A stretch of DNA of 64,000 nucleotides from Candidatus Peregrinibacteria bacterium CG_4_10_14_0_2_um_filter_38_24 (GTDB lineage: Bacteria; Patescibacteriota; Gracilibacteria; UBA1369; LOWO2-01-FULL-3). The DNA lies in the NCBI GenBank assembly GCA_002792535.1, contig PFOM01000039.1, positions 8,564 through 72,563 on the forward strand, in the 5' to 3' direction. The position numbers and the translations under genes were made by a program. A model generated the notes under the pieces. That model did not search any database. It was not told where the DNA came from and worked only from the letters and a program-made list of their open reading frames with translations. Shown in pieces: positions 49,396 through 56,720 of the stretch (positions are counted from its first letter, which is position 1; every line of letters starts with the position of its first letter).

Positions 49396-49426
49396 AAAAA
49401 GAGCTCCGCATTGCGGGGCTCTTTTA
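49396..49426 (+). terminator. intrinsic terminator after secDF
   Basis: GAGCTCCGC (49401..49409) pairs with GCGGGGCTC (49413..49421) with one G-U pair, followed by TTTT (49422..49425). Confidence 0.8.
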
Positions 49427-49453
49427 AAACCGCTATAATCCTCACGTTATTAT

Positions 49454-49530
49454 GCACCGCTAGCTCAACTGGATAGAGCGTTGGTCTTCGGAACCGAAGG
49501 TTGCAGGTTCGACCCCTGCGCGGTGCACCA
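49454..49530 (+). tRNA. tRNA-Arg (anticodon UCG), CCA encoded
   Basis: GCACCGC TA GCTC AACTGGATA GAGC G TTGGT CTTCGGA ACCGA AGGTT GCAGG TTCGACC CCTGC GCGGTGC A CCA. This is a complete 77-nt cloverleaf with anticodon TCG. Confidence 0.93.
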
Positions 49531-49601
49531 GAAAGTAGCGAGAAAAGCGATCCGTAGGCGCAGCTTGCGAGTTTTGCCGTAGCCGAAGGAAAACTTTCAA
49601 T

Positions 49602-49638
49602 AAAAATGCTTTTGCGAACACTTGAGCAAAACATTTTT
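49602..49638 (-). terminator. hairpin terminator for the 196-aa ORFan gene
   Basis: AAAAATGCTTTTGC (49602..49615) pairs with GCAAAACATTTTT (49626..49638) with one bulge. A-runs and T-runs flank it on both sides, so it could act bidirectionally. Confidence 0.6.
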
Positions 49639-49676
49639 AGTAGAAAGTTTAGCTTTTCCCTATTGAAGCAGCGATA

Positions 49677-50267
49677 CTACAAAATTCCTTCTTTAGTAAT
49701 CTGCCTCTGCTCCCTAGATCCATTATAGATCATAGTAAAAGCATCAATTCCCTGCTCGAAAGTTTTTTCAGAAACAATATTTTTAACTACAGATTTTAAC
49801 AAAAAATCTAAAACCTTTTCCCAATTTTCAGAATATTTCGCACCGGAAACTCCCAAAACTTTTCTAACAAATTCACTTCCATATTCATTCAAAGAATCTA
49901 AATATTTTCCACGATGCTCAATTACATGAAGCAAAAGTCCATCATGCGAAATCACCAAAAAATCAAAAATCACTTCACAAATTGCATCATATTTTTCATT
50001 CAAAACCCCAAGCATATCACGCAAATGAGCCATTCCATGCCTTACATATTGATCCAAAAAGAAATCAACATTCGCAACGACACATTTATAAAGAAGATTA
50101 TTTTCAAACACCAAATAATCAAAAACCACCTCAAACTCTTCATCAGTTAAAAAAACTTCCTCCTTCATTTTTGAAGGCCCAAGAATTATATATTTTCGAA
50201 TAAGTTCATCTTCCTGTCCCTTCGCAAACCTCTCAATAACCAAATTTTTATCCTTATCATTAAACAT
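49677..50267 (-). CDS. hypothetical protein (ORFan, predicted all-alpha)
   Basis: 196 aa with normal composition and its own promoter and terminator. No family recognised. A single R-x4-H match (RHGMAH) is present but is weak evidence for anything. Confidence 0.7.
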   Translation of the reverse strand: MFNDKDKNLVIERFAKGQEDELIRKYIILGPSKMKEEVFLTDEEFEVVFDYLVFENNLLYKCVVANVDFFLDQYVRHGMAHLRDMLGVLNEKYDAICEVIFDFLVISHDGLLLHVIEHRGKYLDSLNEYGSEFVRKVLGVSGAKYSENWEKVLDFLLKSVVKNIVSEKTFEQGIDAFTMIYNGSREQRQITKEGIL

Positions 50268-50300
50268 TCAAATTGAGTTAATTAAACCTAAGAGCATAAC

Positions 50301-50348
50301 ATAATACATTAAACATAAAACTTGTCAAGTCAAGTCAAGACAAGTCAA
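50301..50348 (-). promoter_or_regulatory. promoter with a tandem TTGAC pentamer array
   Basis: The minus strand reads TTGAC TTGTC TTGAC TTGAC TTGAC-A (50348..50323). A 16-nt spacer follows, then TATTAT (50306..50301), 33 nt upstream of the ATG at 50267. Confidence 0.5.
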
Positions 50349-50373
50349 GCCACACATAGACAACAATGCATAA

Positions 50374-50410
50374 CATAAAAAAATCCCGAACATTCAGCTC
50401 GGGATAATTT
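50374..50410 (-). terminator. intrinsic terminator after the 267-aa/small-ORF pair
   Basis: ATCCCGA (50383..50389) pairs with TCGGGAT (50399..50405). On the minus strand the stem is followed by T7-8 (complement of 50375..50382). Confidence 0.65.
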
Positions 50411-50421
50411 TTAGTCTAAAT

Positions 50422-50604
50422 CTAAAGATTCTCTATTTTTTTTTCTAACGCTTTTATTTCTTCCAATTCTCCAGTCCTAGAAGCTAATCTTTCATTCAAT
50501 TTCCTTTCTTCTTCAACATCACTAACCTGAGATGCAAGCCAATCAATAGTTTCCATTTTTGCCTCAGAACCCAAGTCCTTATTATTTTGTTTCTCAATAG
50601 CCAT
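50422..50604 (-). CDS. small coiled-coil hypothetical protein
   Basis: The ORF is open to 50646 (TTG). The ATG at 50604 gives a 60-aa protein, MAIEKQNNKDLGSEAKMETIDWLASQVSDVEEERKLNERLASRTGELEEIKALEKKIENL, with heptad-like charged repeats. It sits immediately downstream of the 267-aa gene. Confidence 0.5.
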   Translation of the reverse strand: MAIEKQNNKDLGSEAKMETIDWLASQVSDVEEERKLNERLASRTGELEEIKALEKKIENL

Positions 50605-50623
50605 TCTATTTATATCTTTATTT

Positions 50624-51427
50624 TTATTTTTTTCGCAATCTATCAAACTTTCCGCTTGGAGGATAAATTCTAGGTGCCAAACTACACAAATCCCCCCTAT
50701 TCAATCGGCCATCACTCAAATGTGGCAAAATCTTGCTAGAATTCCAATTTATAAGAGTATATGGATTCAACCCTCTCCCAAGCTCTTTTGAAGTTATAGA
50801 TGTTTTCTCTCCTGATTTTTTAACTACAGTCAATGCAAGAACATATTCACCACTTCTCGAATTAAAAGTAAGAGAAAAAGCTGGTTCATCACCCAATACC
50901 CCTACTTTTGAAAAGTTATAAACATGCAAATGATTTGCCAACATTTCTGCTTTCATAGAAAATTTTGTATCCCCAAAACATTTATCCATCCCTCCATTTT
51001 GTATAGAGTCAAGAAGAGAAGGAATAGAAGCAACAGGAGAAGGAAAATCTATGGCATTCAAATCCTTACTTTTTCCAAGCTGAGTCAATCTACCCTCAGC
51101 GTCATTTCTTGAAAGAGTAAATTCTTGATTTCGGGCATTCATAACTAAAGTATATTTAGCCTTCCCATTCTCAACCAATTGAAAAGTATAATTCCCAGCA
51201 GGATCACTGGCAAATTTTTTACCTCCATCTTCAAAAAGTACAGAACGACTATCAAACCCATTCATTTTTATTCTCTCCTCAATCCCAAAAATAAGACGCT
51301 GACGTTCCGCACGTTCCGCAGCTTCTCGAGCTTCATTATTGGCATCATCACTCCCCTCTCGCCTATTATCAAGACCCTTATTATTAGGATCTTCAACTCT
51401 GACTGGCCTATTTTCTGGATTTTCCAT
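50624..51427 (-). CDS. hypothetical protein (ORFan; charged disordered N-terminus plus beta-rich body)
   Basis: 267 aa. The N-terminal ~45 aa are R/E/N/D-rich and the rest has normal composition. No signal peptide or catalytic motif recognised. Confidence 0.7.
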   Translation of the reverse strand: MENPENRPVRVEDPNNKGLDNRREGSDDANNEAREAAERAERQRLIFGIEERIKMNGFDSRSVLFEDGGKKFASDPAGNYTFQLVENGKAKYTLVMNARNQEFTLSRNDAEGRLTQLGKSKDLNAIDFPSPVASIPSLLDSIQNGGMDKCFGDTKFSMKAEMLANHLHVYNFSKVGVLGDEPAFSLTFNSRSGEYVLALTVVKKSGEKTSITSKELGRGLNPYTLINWNSSKILPHLSDGRLNRGDLCSLAPRIYPPSGKFDRLRKK

Positions 51428-51462
51428 ATTTGTTTTTGTTATTTATTTTTTAACTTACGGAT

Positions 51463-51471
51463 ATTATAACA
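51463..51471 (-). promoter_or_regulatory. extended -10 (TGtTATAAT) upstream of the 267-aa gene
   Basis: The minus strand reads TGTTATAAT at 51471..51463, 35 nt upstream of the ATG at 51427. Confidence 0.5.
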
Positions 51472-51498
51472 CAAAAAAACAGTTTTGCAAACAATTTA

Positions 51499-51527
51499 TT
51501 GACAAACTCCGTAAAATGGCGGAAAAT
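51499..51527 (+). promoter_or_regulatory. putative promoter of the efflux operon
   Basis: TTGACA (51499..51504), a 17-nt spacer, then GAAAAT (51522..51527), 34 nt upstream of the ATG at 51562. Confidence 0.4.
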
Positions 51528-51561
51528 TCGCAACTCATAAGCACAAATAAGACAAAAAAAC

Positions 51562-53235
51562 ATGAAAAAATTTATAACATTTATACTCATCATCGGCGTT
51601 ATTGCCGGCGGATACATGAACAGAGACAAGATCTCAGCACTCTTGAACAAAAAAATTGCACGAGAGACTGACGCGCAAACACAAGAAGATTCAAGCACGG
51701 ACAGCACTCTCGTGAGCACGATTCAAGTTCAAAAAAATCAAAAATCTTACGTAGATGCAATTGCCACAATCAAAGCTGAAACTCAGATCAAAATCTACCC
51801 TTCAGTCTCAGGTCAAATTACAAAAGTAAACGTAAAAGAAGGCCAAAGCGTAAAGAAAGGCACAGTTCTTTTCCAAATAGGTGGAGCAAACAACACAAAG
51901 CATACGGCAATAAGCCAGCTTGAAATAGCTCAAAACAACTACAATACCGCAGTCGAAGCATACAATCAGACGATAGACGGAAACCAAGTATCCGCAAACG
52001 TAGCCAAAATCCAGCTAAATAGCTCCAAAAATCAATACGATGCGACAAATTTGGATATGGAAGCTATGGAAAACAGCATCGACACAGCCGAGGAAGGAGC
52101 AGATTTATTAGCGGAAATCTTAGATCTCACTCAGTCAAAAAATTCAAACGACCTAACTAAACTTTCAGACATCATAGACAGCTTAAATGAGACCAACGAC
52201 ACTCTATATAGCGCAAAATACGACCTACAAACTCAACTTAATAGAATAAGCGCTGATACGTCACTCGACCCACAAATCAAGCAAGACACGATAAATACGC
52301 TAACTACGGCCATCACAGACACAGACAAACAGATATCAGACCTAGAAAAACAGATAGATACCTCTGAGAATGCTTATGATGCGGCCGAAATAGGAACTCA
52401 AATATCAGAAGATCAACTACAAATACAGCTAAATCAATCTGAAACAACTGCAGAAAATCTTGGAATAACAAAAGAAAGCACAACAAAAAAACTTGGACTA
52501 GATGATTTTACAAACGATTCAATTCGATTAGCACAACAAAGTTATTTCGGGACACAAATAAAAAATTATCTATCATTAATACAATCACAGTCACAATTAA
52601 CACTTGCAGAAATAAACTTAGAAATCATGCAGACGCAAGTAAGTGGACTAACAATATGCGCACCTACAGACGGAATTATCGCAGGGATTACAGCAAATAA
52701 AGGAGACATGGTAAATCCACAATCCCCTGTTTCACAAATAATAGGAACTAAAAATTACGAAGCAGAAATTTATGTAGACGTTGATACCGCAAAAAGAATT
52801 TCACAAAGTACGGAGTCCGAAATCAATGTAGACGGCAAATATATTCCTGCAAAAATTAAAACAATTTCACCATTAGCAGATCCTATTTCAAAATTAGTGA
52901 AGATTGTTTTCTCCCTCCCCCAAGGCCAATTCTCAGTTAACGAGAATGCAAAAATGAAAATCACTATAGTGAACACAAGTGCAAATCCAAACACATTTTT
53001 CATTCCATTGGATTCAGTAATTATCGGAACAGAAGAAAAATATGTGTACATCCTTGAAGACGGGAAAGCTAAAAAAACTACAATAGAATTAGCAGATATC
53101 GTCGGAGACAATGCAAAAATTTCAAGTGGCCTTTCATACAAAGACAGAGTCATAGTTGATGGCGCAAAAACAGTAATTGATGGACAAAACGTATACACAA
53201 AAATTCCTAGAACAATAGCAAACAATGGAAATTGA
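51562..53235 (+). CDS. efflux transporter periplasmic adaptor (HlyD/MFP family) with long coiled-coil
   Basis: 557 aa. It has an N-terminal anchor (FITFILIIGVIAGGY) and a lipoyl/barrel-sandwich segment (KIYPSVSGQITKVNVKEGQSVKKGTVLFQI). A ~250-aa coiled-coil follows, then a second lipoyl half (ICAPTDGIIAGI) and a C-terminal beta-barrel. Confidence 0.85.
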   Translation: MKKFITFILIIGVIAGGYMNRDKISALLNKKIARETDAQTQEDSSTDSTLVSTIQVQKNQKSYVDAIATIKAETQIKIYPSVSGQITKVNVKEGQSVKKGTVLFQIGGANNTKHTAISQLEIAQNNYNTAVEAYNQTIDGNQVSANVAKIQLNSSKNQYDATNLDMEAMENSIDTAEEGADLLAEILDLTQSKNSNDLTKLSDIIDSLNETNDTLYSAKYDLQTQLNRISADTSLDPQIKQDTINTLTTAITDTDKQISDLEKQIDTSENAYDAAEIGTQISEDQLQIQLNQSETTAENLGITKESTTKKLGLDDFTNDSIRLAQQSYFGTQIKNYLSLIQSQSQLTLAEINLEIMQTQVSGLTICAPTDGIIAGITANKGDMVNPQSPVSQIIGTKNYEAEIYVDVDTAKRISQSTESEINVDGKYIPAKIKTISPLADPISKLVKIVFSLPQGQFSVNENAKMKITIVNTSANPNTFFIPLDSVIIGTEEKYVYILEDGKAKKTTIELADIVGDNAKISSGLSYKDRVIVDGAKTVIDGQNVYTKIPRTIANNGN

Positions 53236-56200
53236 GAAAAATAAATCCACAGACTCTCTCTACTTAGATACGCTTAAGTATCAGGAAAAAGACGGCCAAA
53301 CATGGCTTAATTTTTTCATAAAAAATTTCCGAGTAACAGTTCTAATAGTAATTGGAATTATAGTTTGGGGAATAATTTCACTATTTTCACTTCCACAAGA
53401 ATCCATGCCGGAAGTAAAAATCCCATACGGATTTGTAACAGTAACGATTCCTGGAGCATCTCCGGAAGACATGGAAGAAATGGTCGTAAAAAAAATCGAG
53501 AATAAAATCCAAAATTTAAGTGGAGTAAAAACAATCACATCAACCGCCTCAAATTCATTTGCCGTAACAACAGTGGAATTCAATGCAGACCAAGACATAA
53601 AAGATGCAATCAGTAGGCTTAGAGAGGCCGCAGCTTCAGCAAAAAGCGAACTACCACAAGATGCATCAGATCCAAATGTAAGAGAAGTTTCTTTCACAAG
53701 TACTCCGGTTTGGACCCTTGTAATCACGGGACCATACGACAGTTTCACATTAAGAAAATATGCAGAAATGGTCCAAGAAGAATTAAAAAAATTACCTGGA
53801 TCAAGTGAAGTTACATTAAGCGGAGGAGATAAACCAGAAATACAAATCGCCTACGATCCGGCAAAATTGGAATATTACGGAGTTTCCATAGATCAAATAA
53901 ATAGCTCTATAAAGGCAAATAATTTCGCACTACCACTCGGAACAATCAAACTTTCAAACTACGAATACACGATAAAAGCAAACGGAAAATTAGCAAACGT
54001 ACAAGACTTACGAGACCTTCCAATCACTACAAGTTCAGGACAAACAGTAAAATTAAGCTACGTTGCAGACGTAATAGAAATGGCACAAGACAGAAAAGTA
54101 ATAAACACTTTTTCTCTTAATGGAGCAGATCCACAAAATGCGATTACAATAAATGTAATCAAAAAAACTGGAAGTTCAATCCTTGATTTAAAAGACAACG
54201 GACAAAAAATAATCGACAAAATGGGACAAGATACCTTCCCGAAAGAGCTCAAGATAGAAACCATAATGGACCAGTCTCAAATCATAAGAAAAAACATAAA
54301 TCAGTTAGCACACGATGGAATCACAACTGTACTTTTAGTTTTCACAGTAATCTTTTTATTTGTGGGACTTAAAGAAGCATTCGTAGCCGGACTTGCAGTC
54401 CCACTCGTATTTTGCGTAAGTTTCGGAGTCATGTATTTAACAGGAATTACATTAAATTTCTTATCTTTATTTTCACTTATCCTTTCTCTCGGATTATTAG
54501 TCGATGATGCAATCGTTGTAGTACAAGCCACAAAACAATATTTAGCGACAGGGAAATTCACTCCGGAAGAAGCCGTACTTCTTGTTTTCCGTGATTACAA
54601 AATCTTACTAACAACAACAACACTAACAACGATTTGGGCTTTCATTCCCCTGCTTCTTGCATCAGGAATAATAGGAAGTTTCGTCAAATCAATACCAATC
54701 ACAGTTTCAATAACACTCGCAGCATCATACTTTATTGCCATCATAATCAATCATCCAATGGCAATCATCCTCGAGCGTTTTAGGCTTACTAGAGGGTATA
54801 TCAAGTCATTCCTAACAGTGCTTTTCGGAACAACATTGATCAGTTTAATCCTCACAATAAAAGGATCAATCAATGCATTTTTCGGAATTCCATTAATCCT
54901 AATATTTGGATTAATTTCATTCTCACTTTTGAAATATTACAGAGATTCACTAAAAGCAACATTGATAAAAAACGAAGAATTAATTCTTGAAGAAAGTGCA
55001 GATCCAAAAAAAATAAAAGCAAAAATTCATCACCATTATTTAGCAGAAACAGCAGAGAAAAGTTTCACAGGAAGACTTATTGGAGGAATTATAAAAATGG
55101 ACAAGATCCTTCCAGCATACGGAAATTTTCTAAAAGGACTTTTAACTAACAAGAAAAAAACAGTAATAACAATTGTGATAACAATCGCATTATTTTTTGG
55201 TGCACTTTCACTGCCAATGCTTGGATTTTTAAAATCAGAATTCTTGCCACAAGCCGATAACGAAAACATGTACATAAATATAGAAGGACCTCCGGGACTT
55301 ACGACAACAAAAACTAAAGAAGTTGCAGACAAAGTCGCACAAATATTACTCAAAGAAAAAAGCATAAAAAGTTTCTCACTTGTAGTCGGAGCAGCGGGAG
55401 TAAACGTATCGGACAAAATGTCTGGAGGAGGCGCAAGCACCGAAACAAACCGCTCACAATTCGCAATAAACCTAGTACCACTAAAAGAAAGAACAGAAGA
55501 ATCATACGTCATCGCGCAAGAGTTAAGAAAAAAAATCTCAAACATCACTGGAGCAAAAATCGAAGTTGCAGAATTGAAAGGAGGACCTCCAACAGGAAGT
55601 GATATCTCTGGAACAATTTCAGGTGATGACATGCTAGTTCTCGAACAACAAGCCAATAAATATAAGGCAATTTTGAGCCAAATAGATGGAGTTATTAATC
55701 CAAAAACTTCAATCACTTTGAGCCCAGGAGAATTCAGTGTAAAACTGAATTACGACCAAATGAACCTACACGGAGTAACAACGGCACAAGTTTCATCACT
55801 ACTTAAAACAGCATTAAGTAGCACAGAAATAACAAAGATTTTACAAAACAATGATGAAATAACGGTAAGAGCAAATTTCGAAGATGGATCGCTGGACAAC
55901 ATAGATAAAATCAAAGCTTTAAAAATATCAAATGCAAGAGGCCAAATGTTCTCACTATCAGATATCGCAGAGATAAGCCTAGAATCATCACTGACATCAA
56001 TCAGTAGAATAGACGGGAAAAGAATAATTTCACTTTCAGCGAGTGTTGAAAAACCACATATCGCCGCAGACATTCAGGCAGAATTTCAAAAAAGAATTGA
56101 GAAAGAACCACTACCAAAAGGATACGAAATAAAATTTGGAGGACTTCAAGAAACCAATGCAGAATCAATTTACTCAATATTAAAAGCAATGATCATCGCA

Positions 56201-56713
56201 ATGATTTTGATCATTGGAACACTAGTCCTACAATTCAATTCATTCACAAAAGCGATCATGATTTTGACAGCGATTCCATTTGCCGTAACTGGAGTATTCT
56301 ACGGTTTTACGATCATGGGATTCACTCTTTCATTCCCTGCATTAATAGGAATTGTCGCATTATTCGGAGTCGTTGTTAAAAACGCAGTAATTTTAGTAGA
56401 CAAGATAAACCTAAATCTGAAAGTAGGAATTCCTTTTATAGACGCGATTGTGGATGCAGCAAAATCAAGACTTGAAGCGATTTTCCTAACATCAACAGCG
56501 ACAGTTATAGGAATGATTCCAATAACCCTAACTGACGAAACATGGGCAGGAATGGGAGCAGCCTTAATCTTTGGACTTTCAACTTCAACACTTTTAACAC
56601 TAATCGTTCTTCCGATATTATTCAAAATCCTCAATAAAAAATCTCATGAAAAAGAAGAGAGATTCAGACAACTGAAAAAGATTGCAGAAAATTTAGAAGC
56701 TTCTGTGCTATAA
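53225..56713 (+). CDS. RND-family efflux transporter (AcrB/AcrD/AcrF-like)
   Basis: 1162 aa. The two-fold repeated architecture has 2 x (TM, large loop, 5 TM). Typical segments include LGLLVDDAIVVV and FGVVVKNAVILVD. It overlaps the adaptor gene by 11 nt. Confidence 0.9.
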   Translation: MEIEKNKSTDSLYLDTLKYQEKDGQTWLNFFIKNFRVTVLIVIGIIVWGIISLFSLPQESMPEVKIPYGFVTVTIPGASPEDMEEMVVKKIENKIQNLSGVKTITSTASNSFAVTTVEFNADQDIKDAISRLREAAASAKSELPQDASDPNVREVSFTSTPVWTLVITGPYDSFTLRKYAEMVQEELKKLPGSSEVTLSGGDKPEIQIAYDPAKLEYYGVSIDQINSSIKANNFALPLGTIKLSNYEYTIKANGKLANVQDLRDLPITTSSGQTVKLSYVADVIEMAQDRKVINTFSLNGADPQNAITINVIKKTGSSILDLKDNGQKIIDKMGQDTFPKELKIETIMDQSQIIRKNINQLAHDGITTVLLVFTVIFLFVGLKEAFVAGLAVPLVFCVSFGVMYLTGITLNFLSLFSLILSLGLLVDDAIVVVQATKQYLATGKFTPEEAVLLVFRDYKILLTTTTLTTIWAFIPLLLASGIIGSFVKSIPITVSITLAASYFIAIIINHPMAIILERFRLTRGYIKSFLTVLFGTTLISLILTIKGSINAFFGIPLILIFGLISFSLLKYYRDSLKATLIKNEELILEESADPKKIKAKIHHHYLAETAEKSFTGRLIGGIIKMDKILPAYGNFLKGLLTNKKKTVITIVITIALFFGALSLPMLGFLKSEFLPQADNENMYINIEGPPGLTTTKTKEVADKVAQILLKEKSIKSFSLVVGAAGVNVSDKMSGGGASTETNRSQFAINLVPLKERTEESYVIAQELRKKISNITGAKIEVAELKGGPPTGSDISGTISGDDMLVLEQQANKYKAILSQIDGVINPKTSITLSPGEFSVKLNYDQMNLHGVTTAQVSSLLKTALSSTEITKILQNNDEITVRANFEDGSLDNIDKIKALKISNARGQMFSLSDIAEISLESSLTSISRIDGKRIISLSASVEKPHIAADIQAEFQKRIEKEPLPKGYEIKFGGLQETNAESIYSILKAMIIAMILIIGTLVLQFNSFTKAIMILTAIPFAVTGVFYGFTIMGFTLSFPALIGIVALFGVVVKNAVILVDKINLNLKVGIPFIDAIVDAAKSRLEAIFLTSTATVIGMIPITLTDETWAGMGAALIFGLSTSTLLTLIVLPILFKILNKKSHEKEERFRQLKKIAENLEASVL

Positions 56714-56714
56714 T
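56706..56714 (+). promoter_or_regulatory. extended -10 (TGcTATAAT) 6 nt upstream of the priA ATG
   Basis: TG at 56706..56707 and TATAAT at 56709..56714, which contains the RND gene's TAA stop (56711..56713). The priA ATG is at 56721. Confidence 0.5.
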
Positions 56715-56720
56715 CCGTGC

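Noticed and set aside
49296-49634. 112-aa minus-strand ORF
   Set aside because: It spans the secDF 3' end, its terminator and the whole tRNA-Arg gene on the opposite strand, so it cannot be a real gene.
51499-51517. TTGACA followed by TAAAAT as a promoter upstream of the efflux operon
   Set aside because: The spacer between these two hexamers is only 7 nt, which is incompatible with sigma70 geometry. The TTGACA-N17-GAAAAT pairing is used instead, with low confidence.
49531-51561. Integrated prophage or integrative element at tRNA-Arg
   Set aside because: The island contains no integrase, recombinase, or phage structural or replication gene. I found no direct repeat of the tRNA 3' end at the far boundary, and base composition is not visibly foreign. 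It is kept only as an ORFan island.
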